Positions 19,069 to 28,968 of a stretch of 64,000 nucleotides of DNA are shown one piece after another. The position numbers and the translations under genes were made by a program. The DNA is taken from positions 36,023 through 100,022 of the forward strand of contig DATJXB010000067.1 in the NCBI GenBank assembly GCA_035500755.1, given 5' to 3'. The DNA comes from Thermoanaerobaculia bacterium. Lineage in GTDB: Bacteria > Acidobacteriota > Thermoanaerobaculia > UBA5066 > Gp7-AA6. A model generated the notes under the pieces. That model made no database searches. It worked only from the letters and a program-made list of their open reading frames with translations, and was not told where the DNA came from. The first letter of the stretch is position 1; every line of letters starts with the position of its first letter.

Positions 19069-20667
19069 TCAGATGTCGGCGGTCAGGTCGCGGTCCTTCG
19101 TCTCGCGCAGGAACAGGCTGCCGATGACGAACGACATCAGCGCGACGACGATCGGGTACCAGAGGCCGGCGTAGATGTCGCCCTTGGACGCCACCATCGC
19201 CGTCGCCAGCAGCGGCAGCATGCCGCCGAACCATCCGTTGCCGATGTGGTACGGCAGAGACATCGACGTGTAGCGGATGCGGGTGGGAAAGAGCTCGACG
19301 AGGAACGCCGCGATCGGGCCGTACACCATGGTCACGTAGATCACCAGGACGACCAGGATCAGGATGGTCATCGTCCAGTTGAGCCGTGTCTTGTCGAATT
19401 TCTCCGGGTAGTTGGTGGTTTTGAGGGCGTCCTTGTACTTGGCTTCGTCGAAGCCTTGCAACTCGATGTTGCCGATCTTCGTGACGACCGTCTGGCCGGC
19501 AACGGGGGGCAATTCCTGAAAGGACAGGCCCGCCTTGTTCAGAAAGCCGCGTGCTTTGTCGCAATCGGAGTAGACGGTCTTCGGCCCGGGGAAGATGTGG
19601 ACCTGGCAGTCCGTCGCCGCGACGCTGATCGGGGTCGAGGCCGAGTAGGCCTCGATGGCTGGGTTGACATTGTGAGTGAGAGCTTTGAAGAGGGGAATGT
19701 AGGTCAGCGCCGCGACGAGACAGCCCGTCATGATGATCCACTTCCGTCCGATCCTGTCCGAGAGGCTGCCGAAGAAGATGAAGAACGGCGTTCCAATCAC
19801 GAGCGAAGCGCCGATCAGAAGATAGGCGGTCAGATAGTCGACTTTGAGATAGAGCGTCAGGAAGAACAATGCGTAGAACTGACCCGTGTACCAGACGACG
19901 CCCTGGCCGGCCGTGGCGCCGAGGAGCGCGAGGATGACGATCTTCAGGTTGCTCCAGTGCGCGAAGCTCTCCGTGAGCGGGGCCTTCGAGCCCTTTCCCT
20001 GGGACTTCATCGCCTGGAAGATCGGCGATTCCTGGAGCTTCAACCGGATGTAGACGGAGACGGCGAGCAGGATGATCGAAACGAGAAACGGAATGCGCCA
20101 GCCCCAGCTCTTGAAATCTTCGGTCGACATCTTGCCGCGGCAAAGCCCGATGACGATCAGGGCGAGGAGCAGTCCGAGGGTCGCGGTCGTCTGGATCCAG
20201 GCCGTGTCGCGACCGCGCTTGCCGTGGGGCGCGTGCTCGGCGACGTAGGTCGCCGCGCCGCCGTACTCGCCCCCGAGAGCCAGGCCCTGGACCAGGCGCA
20301 GGATCAGGAGGATGGCCGGCGCGGTGAAGCCGATCGAGGCGTACGTGGGCAGCAAGCCGACCGCGGCGGTGGAGCTGCCCATCACGACGATGGTGATCAG
20401 GAAGGTGTACTTGCGGCCGACGAGATCGCCGATGCGCCCGAACACGAGGGCGCCGAAAGGCCGCACGAGGAATCCGGCCGCGTAGGCGACGAATGACGCG
20501 AGCAGGGCCGCCGTCGCATTCTCCGGCGGAAAGAAGAGCGCGGCGAAAAAGGGAGCCAGGGTCGCGTAGAGGTAGAAGTCGTACCACTCGAAGACCGTTC
20601 CCAGGGACGAAGCGAAGATGACCCGCTTGGCCTCGGGCGCCAGGTTCTGCTCCGCGGCGGTCGCCAT
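19069..20667 (-). CDS. MFS transporter, metabolite:H+ symporter (MHS; ProP/KgtP/ShiA-like) family with a large central loop
   Basis: 532 aa; RBS GAGGAGG. N-terminal motifs ...FEWYDFYLY...GRIGDLVGRK...GGEYGGAATYVAEHAPHGKRG are hallmark MHS-family sequences. Confidence 0.85.
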   Translation of the reverse strand: MATAAEQNLAPEAKRVIFASSLGTVFEWYDFYLYATLAPFFAALFFPPENATAALLASFVAYAAGFLVRPFGALVFGRIGDLVGRKYTFLITIVVMGSSTAAVGLLPTYASIGFTAPAILLILRLVQGLALGGEYGGAATYVAEHAPHGKRGRDTAWIQTTATLGLLLALIVIGLCRGKMSTEDFKSWGWRIPFLVSIILLAVSVYIRLKLQESPIFQAMKSQGKGSKAPLTESFAHWSNLKIVILALLGATAGQGVVWYTGQFYALFFLTLYLKVDYLTAYLLIGASLVIGTPFFIFFGSLSDRIGRKWIIMTGCLVAALTYIPLFKALTHNVNPAIEAYSASTPISVAATDCQVHIFPGPKTVYSDCDKARGFLNKAGLSFQELPPVAGQTVVTKIGNIELQGFDEAKYKDALKTTNYPEKFDKTRLNWTMTILILVVLVIYVTMVYGPIAAFLVELFPTRIRYTSMSLPYHIGNGWFGGMLPLLATAMVASKGDIYAGLWYPIVVALMSFVIGSLFLRETKDRDLTADI

Positions 20668-21050
20668 TGGCTCCTCCTCAGTCAGGCCGCCGGACAGGGT
20701 CCGGCGGCAAGATAAACGAGCGGACAGAAATGCCTGGCCGCCGTGGAACGAAACGGATTCGGAAGGGGAGGCGACGCGCGCCGGCTGACTCCGCGGTCAC
20801 TCGCGGGCGCGATGCTTCGTTTGAGCGCGTCGACGAGTAGCCTGAAGCCATTGCTCACGGCACCTCGGATTGCGGTGAAGTCTTTTGGAAGGCCTCCCCG
20901 AAGTCAAGCGATTGTCCCGCGGTCACGGGCGAGGCCTCGGCGCGTCGCGGCGGCTCGCGGGTGTTCGCGGAGAGCTTGCCGCTTCGGGTGGAGGAGTTAT
21001 ATTGCGGCGGTTCCCGGCGTGGCGGGAACGACAGCCGAAAGGAATCGCGT

Positions 21051-23021
21051 ATGGCCGACGCCAATGACCGGATCCTCGAGGCCCTCCTGCAAGAGAAGCG
21101 CCAGTTCGCGCCTCCCAGGGATTTCGCGAAGAAAGCCAACGTTTCGAGCCCGGCCGTGTACCGCAAGGCCGACCGCGCGTTCGCGAAATTCTGGGAAGGC
21201 TTCGCGAAAGAGCTCGACTGGTACAAGCCCTGGAAGAAGGTGCTCGACTGGAAGCCGCCGAAGGCGAAGTGGTTCGTCGGCGGCAAGCTGAACGTCTCGG
21301 TCAACTGCGTCGACCGGCACCTGAACGGTCCGCGCAAGAACAAGGCCGCTCTCGTCTGGGAAGGCGAGCCGGGCGACCAGCGGACCTTGACCTACCGCGA
21401 TCTTTACCGGGAGGTCGGCAAGTTCGGGAACGCACTGCGTAAACTCGGTGTGAAGAAGGGCGACCGGGTCACGCTCTATCTGCCGATGATCCCGGAGCTG
21501 CCGATCGCGATGCTCGCCTGCGCCCGCATCGGCGCGATCCATTCGGTGGTCTTCGGCGGCTTCTCGGCCGAGTCGCTCCGGGACCGGATCAACGACCAGG
21601 GCGCGAAAGTCCTCGTCACCGCCGACGGCGGCTGGCGGCGCGGCAACGTCGTCCCCCTGAAGCAGATCGCCGACGAGGCGCTCCAGAACACGCCGTCGAT
21701 CGAAGCGGTCGTCGTCGTGCGCCGCACCGGGACGCCGATCCAGTTCAACGAGGGCCGCGAGCACTGGTGGCACCGTCTGATGGAGGGCTCTCCGATCCCG
21801 TGCAAGCCCGAGAAGATGGACGCCGAGGATCCGCTCTACATCCTCTACACGTCCGGCACGACGGGGAAGCCCAAGGGGATCCTCCACACGAGCGGCGGCT
21901 ATCTGGTCGGCACGTACGCGACGTCGAAGTGGATCTTCGACTTGAAAGACGACGACGTCTACTGGTGCACGGCGGACATCGGCTGGGTCACCGGCCACTC
22001 GTACGTGGTCTACGGGCCTCTGGCCAACGGCGCGACGTGTCTCATCTACGAGGGCTCGCCCGACACGCCGGCGCGCGACCGGTTCTGGGATCTCATCGAG
22101 CGGCACGGCGTCACGATCCTGTACACGGCGCCGACGGCGATCCGCGCCTTCATGAAGTGGGGCACCGAGTGGCCGGCGAAGCACGACCTTTCGTCGCTGC
22201 GGCTGCTCGGCTCGGTCGGCGAGCCGATCAACCCCGAGGCCTGGATCTGGTACCAGAAGTACATCGGCGGCGGGAAGTGCCCGGTCGTCGACACGTGGTG
22301 GCAGACGGAGACCGGGATGATCCTGATCTCGCCGCTGCCCGGGATCACGAAGACGAAGCCGGGATCGGCCACGCGCGCGTTCCCGGGCATCGAGGCGAAG
22401 ATCCTCGACCTCGCCGGCAAGGAAGTCAAAGTCGGCGGCGGCTACCTCGCGATCACGCGTCCGTGGCCCGCGATGCTGCGCACGATCTGGGGTGACGACG
22501 AACGCTACGTCAAGACCTACTGGTCGAAGTGGGGCAAGGACGTCTACTTCCCGGGCGACGGGGCCAAACGAGACGCCGACGGCTACTTCTGGCTCCTCGG
22601 CCGCGTCGACGACGTGATGAACGTCGCGGGGCACCGGATCGGCACGATGGAGGTGGAGTCGGCGCTCGTCGACCATCCGTCGGTCGCCGAGGCGGCGGTG
22701 GTCGGCGTGTCCGACGAGATCAAGGGCACCGCGATCGCCGCCTTCGTCATCCTCAAGGAGCGCGACAAGACCGCGGCGGCGCACGCCGACAAGGGCCTCC
22801 ACGACACCGTCCGAAATCACGTTGGGAAGAAGATCGGCGCCATCGCCAAGCCCGACCGCCTCTTCTTCGTCTCGGACCTGCCGAAGACCCGGTCCGGCAA
22901 GATCATGCGGCGGCTCCTGCGGGACATCGCCGAGGGCCGCGTCCTCGGCGACACGACGACCCTCGCCGACGCCAACGTCGTCGCCGCGCTCAAGAGCCAG
23001 TACGAGGAGAAAGAGGGATAG
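21051..23021 (+). CDS. acs: Acetyl-CoA synthetase (AMP-forming)
   Basis: In-frame ATG at 21051 ([22 protein letters not shown]...) within table ORF 20961-23021. Full-length match to the Acs pattern (...TYRDLYREV..., [33 protein letters not shown]). Confidence 0.9.
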   Translation: MADANDRILEALLQEKRQFAPPRDFAKKANVSSPAVYRKADRAFAKFWEGFAKELDWYKPWKKVLDWKPPKAKWFVGGKLNVSVNCVDRHLNGPRKNKAALVWEGEPGDQRTLTYRDLYREVGKFGNALRKLGVKKGDRVTLYLPMIPELPIAMLACARIGAIHSVVFGGFSAESLRDRINDQGAKVLVTADGGWRRGNVVPLKQIADEALQNTPSIEAVVVVRRTGTPIQFNEGREHWWHRLMEGSPIPCKPEKMDAEDPLYILYTSGTTGKPKGILHTSGGYLVGTYATSKWIFDLKDDDVYWCTADIGWVTGHSYVVYGPLANGATCLIYEGSPDTPARDRFWDLIERHGVTILYTAPTAIRAFMKWGTEWPAKHDLSSLRLLGSVGEPINPEAWIWYQKYIGGGKCPVVDTWWQTETGMILISPLPGITKTKPGSATRAFPGIEAKILDLAGKEVKVGGGYLAITRPWPAMLRTIWGDDERYVKTYWSKWGKDVYFPGDGAKRDADGYFWLLGRVDDVMNVAGHRIGTMEVESALVDHPSVAEAAVVGVSDEIKGTAIAAFVILKERDKTAAAHADKGLHDTVRNHVGKKIGAIAKPDRLFFVSDLPKTRSGKIMRRLLRDIAEGRVLGDTTTLADANVVAALKSQYEEKEG

Positions 23022-23077
23022 CGGCGGGAGCGGATTAACCTCGCCAAAGGCGGAGGGACGGGTCTAGAATCGATTCG

Positions 23078-24190
23078 GTGAAGGCATCCGGAAGCGTTCT
23101 GGACGGCCAGACACTTGGCCGACTTGATCGCTGGCGGAAAGCGCGCGCCGTGTTCGTCAGACCCGACGGGCTGGAGGCCGAGCGCGCGGTTGCCGCGGCG
23201 TGCGGGCGGAGCTGGGCGCGGGCGCCCATGTACGGTCGGGCGCGGCGCCTCCTGGTCGAGCGCACCCCCGAGCAGTTTCTCGAGGACCTCGAGAAAAACG
23301 TCGGTCCCATGGCCGAGCGCGTGCGGGTCGCACCCGAGGACATGCGCCAGACCAAGTGGGACGCGATGAGCCGCCTGCAGCCCCTGCCGCGGGCGCGCCG
23401 CGAGGTCGACGCACTCTGGCTCGCCGACGAGTTGACGTCGGGAGAGTTCTTCGTCGAGTTTCAGCCGATCTTCGACCTCGCGACCGGCGGCGTGATCGGC
23501 CACGAGGGGTTGATGCGCGGCCGCGGCGACGGCCGGACGCCGCGCCTGGCGGCCGACATGTTCCCCGCGGCGGAATCGCTCCAGGTGGACCGGACCTTCG
23601 AGCGCTTCTCGTGGACGTGCGTGCTCGAGGCGGCGCGGGGTCTTCCGGCCGAGAGCCTCATCTTCCTGAACGTCAACCCGCGGCTGATCGGGCGCTCCGA
23701 GCACGCCCTGGTCGCTCTCGGAGAAGAAACGGAGCGGCGCGGCGTGCCGTTCTCGCGGCTCGTGCTCGACCTCGTGGAGATCGAGACGCTGCCGTCGGCG
23801 CCCGAGCTCGCGCCGGCGCTGACGGTGCCGCGCGATCTCGGCACGGTGATCGCGCTCGACGACGTCACGTCCGGCTACGGCGCCCTCCAGCTGTGCCACG
23901 CGCTCCAGCCCGAGTGGATCAAGGTCGACAGCGAGGTCACGCGCGGCATCGCCCGCGACCCGAGGCGCCGCGCGATCCTGAAGTTTCTGGCCGACTTGTC
24001 GCGCGAGTTCTCGTTCACGCTCGTCGCCGAGGGCATGGAGTCGGCCGAAGACCTGGACGTGTGCGCCGCCGAAGGCGTCGGCGCGGCGCAGGGCTACTTC
24101 CTGGCGCGCCCCGCCGTCGAGCCGCCGCCGCCGTCGGCCGGCTTCCGCGACTGGATCGCGTCCCGCCCGCACGGCCAGCAGTCGGCTTGA
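23078..24190 (+). CDS. EAL-domain protein (putative c-di-GMP phosphodiesterase), no GGDEF domain
   Basis: 370-aa ORF. EAL motifs EFQPIF, ...NVNPRL..., ...DDVTSGYGALQ..., ...IKVDSEV..., ...LVAEGMES... Exact start is uncertain (GTG at 23078 or a downstream ATG). Confidence 0.75.
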   Translation: MKASGSVLDGQTLGRLDRWRKARAVFVRPDGLEAERAVAAACGRSWARAPMYGRARRLLVERTPEQFLEDLEKNVGPMAERVRVAPEDMRQTKWDAMSRLQPLPRARREVDALWLADELTSGEFFVEFQPIFDLATGGVIGHEGLMRGRGDGRTPRLAADMFPAAESLQVDRTFERFSWTCVLEAARGLPAESLIFLNVNPRLIGRSEHALVALGEETERRGVPFSRLVLDLVEIETLPSAPELAPALTVPRDLGTVIALDDVTSGYGALQLCHALQPEWIKVDSEVTRGIARDPRRRAILKFLADLSREFSFTLVAEGMESAEDLDVCAAEGVGAAQGYFLARPAVEPPPPSAGFRDWIASRPHGQQSA

Positions 24191-24567
24191 GCGATTCCCT
24201 CCGGCTCGACGTCTGGCTCGACGTCGCCTGCGTCTTCCCGACGCGGTCGCAGGCCAAGGCGGCGTGCGAGGGCGGCAAGGTCGACGTCAACGGCGCGCGG
24301 GCAAAGGCCCACCGCGAGGTGAAGCCGGGCGACCGGATCGCCCTGCCGGGCCCCGGCGGGACGCGGCGCGAGCTCGTCGTCGTCGGCCTCGCGGCGCGCT
24401 CGATCCCGAAGGCCGAGGCACGCAAGCTCTACGAAGACGTCACACCCGCGCCGGCGCCCGAGGTGGTCGAGGCGCGGCGCCTCGACCGGATGCTCGCGCC
24501 GCGCGGGGAGGCGGGCCGCCCCGACAAGCGCGAGCGCCGCGAACGGCGGCGGCTGAAGGGCTGGTAG
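24187..24567 (+). CDS. S4-domain RNA-binding protein (Hsp15/ribosome-associated heat-shock-protein-like)
   Basis: Within table ORF 23200-24567. Probable TTG start at 24187 overlapping the EAL stop. LSDSLRLDVWLDVACVFPTRSQAKAACEGGKVDVNGARAKAHREVKPGDRIAL fits the S4/Hsp15 pattern (RLDKWL...RS.A..li..G.V.vNg...k.s..v..gD.i), followed by a basic tail. Confidence 0.6.
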   Translation: MSDSLRLDVWLDVACVFPTRSQAKAACEGGKVDVNGARAKAHREVKPGDRIALPGPGGTRRELVVVGLAARSIPKAEARKLYEDVTPAPAPEVVEARRLDRMLAPRGEAGRPDKRERRERRRLKGW

Positions 24568-24608
24568 GGAAGCGCCCGGGGCGCGCGAGGGTCTAGACTG
24601 GGGGAGCC

Positions 24609-24896
24609 ATGGACTTCGAGCTCTTCTGCCCCTGCTGCGGTGCGCGTCTCAAGATCGACCCGGACCTGAAGGCGGTCATCGACCACGAGGCGCCGAAGGT
24701 CGCGCGCAAGTACTCGAGCGTCGACGACGCCCTGGGCGCGTTGAAGGGCCAGGACGAAGAGCGCGAGAAGAAGTTCGCCGCCTCGATCGAAGCCGAGAAG
24801 TCCAAGAAGGACGTCCTCAACAAGAAGTTCTCGGAGCTCTTCGAGAAGACCAAGGGCGACTCCTCCAAGCCCCTCCGCGACATCGACCTCGACTGA
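24609..24896 (+). CDS. Small hypothetical protein with N-terminal CPCCG zinc-ribbon-like motif and Lys/Glu-rich tail
   Basis: 95 aa: MDFELFCPCCGARLKIDPDLKAVIDHEAP... Lower-GC codon usage than neighbours. RBS GGGGGAG. Confidence 0.5.
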   Translation: MDFELFCPCCGARLKIDPDLKAVIDHEAPKVARKYSSVDDALGALKGQDEEREKKFAASIEAEKSKKDVLNKKFSELFEKTKGDSSKPLRDIDLD

Positions 24897-24903
24897 GGCG
24901 GGT

Positions 24904-25848
24904 CTACTTCTGGTAGGCCATCGCGTTGAGCAGCGCGATGCGCCGGGCGACCGGCGGGTGGGTCGACCACAGCCCGGTGAAGAACCCCTGCCGGTCCGCC
25001 TCGGTGCCGCCGCGCGGGTCTTCGATGCAGAGGTGCGCCACGCCCTGTTTGATCGACGGCGTCGGCGCCACGGCCGCCGAGATCTTCCGCAGCGCCGAGG
25101 CGAGCGCGAGCGGGTTGCGCGTCAGCTCGGCGCCGGAAGCGTCGGCGAGGTACTCGCGCTGGCGGGAGACGGCGAGCGAGACCACCTGCGCGATGATCGG
25201 GGCGAGCAGGACCGCGACGACCCAGAGCGCGACGAAGAGAATGCCCAGCCCGCCGCCCTTGCCGTCGTCGCTCCGGCGCCGCCCGCCCCACCCGAGGCCG
25301 CGGCGGCTCCAGTCCGAGAGCAGCAGCACGGCCCCGGCGAGCGCGGCGACGACCGTCATGAGGCGCACGTCGTAGTTGCGGACGTGCGACAGCTCGTGGC
25401 CGACGACGCCCTGGAGCTCGTCGCGGTCGAGCGTGTCGAGCAAGCCCCGCGTCACGGCGATCGACGCGCGCTCCGGGCCCACGCCGGTGGCAAACGCGTT
25501 GGGGTCCGAGTCCGGGACGACGTAGACCGCCGGTTTCGGGATCCCGCCGGCGATCGCGATCTCCTCGACGACGTTGTCGAGGACGCGCTGCTTCGGGTCG
25601 TTGCGGTCGAGCGGGATCGCGCCCGTCGACTGGAGCACGGCCTTGTCGCCTTCGCGGAGAGACCACCACGCCGACATCCCCCCGAAGGCGATCGCGCCGA
25701 GCGTGGCGAAGGGGATTCCGGGAGAAAATCCGCCCGCGTAGAGCAGCCCGTCGGCGCCGAGCCCCATCAGGGCGAGCAGCACCACGAAGAACGCGATGAA
25801 GAGCCGGGTGTTGCCGAGGTTCTTCTTCTGCTGGTCGTAAAGGTTCAT
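24904..25848 (-). CDS. M48-family zinc metalloprotease (HtpX-like)
   Basis: Internal Met (MNLYDQQKKNLGNTRLFIAFFVVLL...). HEXXH in GHELSHVRNYD with TM helices either side. The first 202 codons of the table ORF are artefact. Confidence 0.85.
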   Translation of the reverse strand: MNLYDQQKKNLGNTRLFIAFFVVLLALMGLGADGLLYAGGFSPGIPFATLGAIAFGGMSAWWSLREGDKAVLQSTGAIPLDRNDPKQRVLDNVVEEIAIAGGIPKPAVYVVPDSDPNAFATGVGPERASIAVTRGLLDTLDRDELQGVVGHELSHVRNYDVRLMTVVAALAGAVLLLSDWSRRGLGWGGRRRSDDGKGGGLGILFVALWVVAVLLAPIIAQVVSLAVSRQREYLADASGAELTRNPLALASALRKISAAVAPTPSIKQGVAHLCIEDPRGGTEADRQGFFTGLWSTHPPVARRIALLNAMAYQK

Positions 25849-25877
25849 GGCAGAGGTCGGCCGGCGACCTCCGATGT

Positions 25878-26471
25878 TCAGGACTTCGTGCGATCGGCCC
25901 GGATGTTCAGGTCGACCCGCGGCACCGCTCGCTGCGTCTCGTCCTTGAGCTCGAAGAGCTCGACCGGCTGGAACTTGAACGTCTGCGCGATCAGATTGTC
26001 GGGGAACATCTGCTGCGCCGTGTTGAAGCGTGTCGCGATGTCGTTGTAGAACTGGCGCGCGAAGCCGATGCGGTTCTCCGTCGAGGAGAGCTCCTCCATC
26101 AGCGCCTTGACCTGCTCGTTCGACTTCAGCGTCGGGTAGTTTTCCGCCAGGGCGAAGAGGCGCGAGAGCGTGGCGGTCAGGGCGTTCTCCTTGTCCGCCG
26201 CCTCGGCCACGCCGTGCGCGGCGACCGCGGAGTTGCGCGCCTGGATCACCTTCTCGAGCGTGTCCTGCTCGAACTGCATCTCGCCCTTCACCGCGGAAAC
26301 CAGGTTCGGGATGAGGTCGTGCCGGCGTTTCAACTGGACGTCGATCTGCTTCCAGCCGTTGGAGACCTGGTTCCGGAGGGAGATGAGGTTGTTGTAGCGC
26401 CAGATGGCCCAGATCGCGCCGACGACGGCGAGAACGACGAGCAGCGTCAGGCAACCTCCGATGGCGGCCAT
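25878..26471 (-). CDS. LemA-family protein
   Basis: 197 aa: N-terminal TM, then ...WRYNNLISLRNQVSNGWKQIDVQLKRRHDLIPNLV...ENYPTLKSNEQ..., the conserved LemA core. Confidence 0.85.
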   Translation of the reverse strand: MAAIGGCLTLLVVLAVVGAIWAIWRYNNLISLRNQVSNGWKQIDVQLKRRHDLIPNLVSAVKGEMQFEQDTLEKVIQARNSAVAAHGVAEAADKENALTATLSRLFALAENYPTLKSNEQVKALMEELSSTENRIGFARQFYNDIATRFNTAQQMFPDNLIAQTFKFQPVELFELKDETQRAVPRVDLNIRADRTKS

Positions 26472-26529
26472 TTCTTTGGAGTGATCCCCTACCCGTTTCT
26501 TACGAAGACGGCCCTCGACGGTTTCCGCC

Positions 26530-27657
26530 TCACGAGTTCAACCCCTGGCGCAGCTCCCGGGCGAGGATTTCGACCCCCGACCGGGTTCCGCCCGTGAGCT
26601 TTTCCTTCCAGATGGTCTCGGTCTCGAACCGGCGGTCGCCGATCGACTCCGCCCACGGGCGCAGGGCGGCGTCGAGCTCGCCCGCCGACCAGACGTCCCC
26701 GCCGCGCTTGCGGACCATCGCGATCACGTAGGGCACGATCCGGATGAAGGCCCGCAGCGAGGTCGAGCTCTTGATCGAGTACTTGCGGCCGGCGAAGGCG
26801 GCGGGGAAGGCGCGGGCCGCCGCCTTGAAGTAGTTCAGGAAGAAGCGCCGTGAGTTCTCGCGGAACTCCCGGGCGATCCGGCCTCCGGCGGTGTCGATCG
26901 CCGCGAACACGTCGCGCAGCTCGTCGGCCAGCGAGGCCTGGGTCACCGAGCCCTTGCCGATCCCCAGCACCTTGATCGAGCCCTTCAGGGGCGAGCCCTC
27001 GTCCTCGTTCAGGGTCCGGATGACGTCGTGGGCGGCGGCCAGGTTGTCGTCGCGATAGAGCCGGCGGCCCGCCAGCGAGATCAGGTGCGACGGGTTCAGT
27101 TTCGTGTGCTTGCTGTTGATCGTCACGAAGAGCTCGACGACCTGGTCGGCCGTCAGGCTGTCGAAGACGACGGCGGGGACCTGGAAGTCCTTCAGGCTGT
27201 GCTTCTCCGCGAGCTGGTGCAGCGCGAGAAGCCGGTGCTGGCCGTCCAGGGCGCGGAGGATCCCGGACTCCTCGGGCAGCTTCAGCGACCCGGCGTCGGA
27301 CCGTCCGCTCGACGGGGAAAACTCCAGGCGCTTCTCCGACACGAGGAGAACGCTTCCCGGAATCGCGGGCAGCGTGCCGGAGTCGGCGCACTGCAGGTAA
27401 TAAGCGACGAGCTCGTCGATCTTCTTCTTGATGATGGGGCGCTGGAAGGCCTGCTCCGAGGCCGAGATCTTCCGTTCCAGGAACTCCCAGTTCACCCGTC
27501 CCGCCGCGACCTTCGCGTGGCCCCGCGTCGTCTGGCTGCCCGGCCCGAAGGAGAGGACCTCGAAACCCACCAGCGACTGGAGGTCCTCTCCCGACAGGAG
27601 AGCCTCGTAGAAGCGCACGCCGAACTGATTCAGGCGGAGCGAGGGAACCGAGATCAT
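26530..27657 (-). CDS. DGQHR-domain protein (DndB-like, ParB/Srx-fold)
   Basis: ATG with GGAGG RBS (MISVPSLRLNQFGVRFY...). Signature ...LRALDGQHRLLAL... plus ...FVTINSKHTKL... The upstream 172 codons of the table ORF are not coding. Confidence 0.75.
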   Translation of the reverse strand: MISVPSLRLNQFGVRFYEALLSGEDLQSLVGFEVLSFGPGSQTTRGHAKVAAGRVNWEFLERKISASEQAFQRPIIKKKIDELVAYYLQCADSGTLPAIPGSVLLVSEKRLEFSPSSGRSDAGSLKLPEESGILRALDGQHRLLALHQLAEKHSLKDFQVPAVVFDSLTADQVVELFVTINSKHTKLNPSHLISLAGRRLYRDDNLAAAHDVIRTLNEDEGSPLKGSIKVLGIGKGSVTQASLADELRDVFAAIDTAGGRIAREFRENSRRFFLNYFKAAARAFPAAFAGRKYSIKSSTSLRAFIRIVPYVIAMVRKRGGDVWSAGELDAALRPWAESIGDRRFETETIWKEKLTGGTRSGVEILARELRQGLNS

Positions 27658-27806
27658 GTCCACCTCCTGGCCCGGATACCGCAGCGTCCTCCGGAAGGGC
27701 TCGCGAGCCGGACTCCGGAGCGGGGAAAGGGTATACCGGGCGCCCGTCCGTTGAACCCATGAGATTGGGGCCGAAAACGGGCCCGTCGGGTCCGATCCGG
27801 AGGGAC

Positions 27807-28148
27807 TCAGGGCGGGGACACGGACTTCCAGTCTTCGCCGGCCATCATCTGCCCGTGAATCTGGCTGGCCCCGATCAGGATGCCCTTGAGCTCGGCCGTG
27901 AGGATCGCGGCGAGCTCGGGAAGGGCCTCGGGCCGGGCGACCGGAACCGAGCACTCGACGGTCGACTGGCCGAGGGACGCGAAGAAAGGAGACGGCCGGC
28001 GCGTCCAATCGGAGTCGCTGCGCCGGTGCTTGGTCATCAGGAACGCCGCCAGCCGCCGCTCGTCCCAGGGTTCCGACATCATCCAGCAGAAGTTCGCGCG
28101 GAGCGCTTTCTGCTCGACGGTGGGCGTGTCGCTGGCAATCGAGATCGA
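27807..28148 (-). CDS. Hypothetical protein (about 113 aa), no recognisable domain
   Basis: Strong GC3 bias in this frame (MSISIASDTPTVEQKALRANFCWMMSEPWDERRLAAFL...). Sits 150 nt upstream of the DGQHR gene. Confidence 0.4.
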   Translation of the reverse strand, partial: SISIASDTPTVEQKALRANFCWMMSEPWDERRLAAFLMTKHRRSDSDWTRRPSPFFASLGQSTVECSVPVARPEALPELAAILTAELKGILIGASQIHGQMMAGEDWKSVSPP

Positions 28149-28193
28149 CATGTCCCGCCTCAAACGATAGCATTCCCGCGTTCGACCAACACC

Positions 28194-28952
28194 GTGAAAA
28201 GCGCTGTTTTAGGGCTCCTGACGCTCGCCGGAGCAGCCGTGCTCGCCGCCTCGCCGGGCGACGAGCGGGTGTACGCCTCGCACCTGATGGTGGATCAGGA
28301 AGTCACGGTGGCGGCCCGCATCACGGGCATCATCGACACGATCCTCGTCGACCGCGGCAGCGCCGTGACGCAGGGCCAGGTGCTCGCGACGCTCGAGGCG
28401 AGCGAGTACGACGCGGCGATCCGGCAGGCCAGGGAAGACATGGACCTGAAGAAGATCGAGTACGAGCGGGCCGAATCGCTGGTCTCCTCGAGCGTCATGA
28501 GCGCCCAGGATCGCGACGAGAAGAAGGCCCAGTACCAGGTCGCCGTCGCGACGTGGGAGCGGGCCAAGGCGGTGCGCGACTACACCGTCATCCGGGCGCC
28601 CTTCGCGGGGATCGTCACGGAGAAGTACGCGCGCCTCGGCGAAAAGGTCATCGAGGACAAGAACGACCCGCTCTTCAAGATCACGGCGGTCGAGCCGCTG
28701 CTCGCCCGCGTGTACCTGCCGGAGGAGCAGCTCCTCCGGGTCAAGGTCGGGGACCGCGTCGAAGTGGTCGCGGATCGTTTCCCCGACGTGAAGACGAGCG
28801 GCGAGGTGCAGTTCGTCAGCCCGACCGTCGACGCCGCGAGCGGCACCTTCCAGGTGGTCGTGCGCGTCCGGAGGGACCCCGCCCGCACGGTGCTCCGGCC
28901 GGGCCTCGCCGTTCAGGTGCGATTCGCCCAGCCCGCGGCCGGGACGCGGTAA
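28194..28952 (+). CDS. HlyD-family / RND-type periplasmic adaptor (membrane-fusion-protein-like), short form with N-terminal signal anchor
   Basis: GTG start (VKSAVLGLLTLAGAAVLAAS...), then the biotin-lipoyl-like motif ...VAARITGIIDTILVDRGSAVTQGQVLATLE...IRAPFAGIVTEKYARLGE..., a short alpha-hairpin and a beta-barrel domain. No cognate pump gene adjacent. Confidence 0.7.
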   Translation: MKSAVLGLLTLAGAAVLAASPGDERVYASHLMVDQEVTVAARITGIIDTILVDRGSAVTQGQVLATLEASEYDAAIRQAREDMDLKKIEYERAESLVSSSVMSAQDRDEKKAQYQVAVATWERAKAVRDYTVIRAPFAGIVTEKYARLGEKVIEDKNDPLFKITAVEPLLARVYLPEEQLLRVKVGDRVEVVADRFPDVKTSGEVQFVSPTVDAASGTFQVVVRVRRDPARTVLRPGLAVQVRFAQPAAGTR

Positions 28953-28968
28953 CGCCGGCCGACGGGCC

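Noticed and set aside
16518-19127. 869-aa plus-strand ORF across the ABC ATPase/SBP genes
   Set aside because: Antisense to the well-conserved ABC transporter operon.
26489-27760. 423-aa minus-strand ORF overlapping the DGQHR gene
   Set aside because: Alternative frame of the DGQHR gene. Arg/Pro/Gly-rich with no motif. The DGQHR frame has a GGAGG RBS and a family signature.
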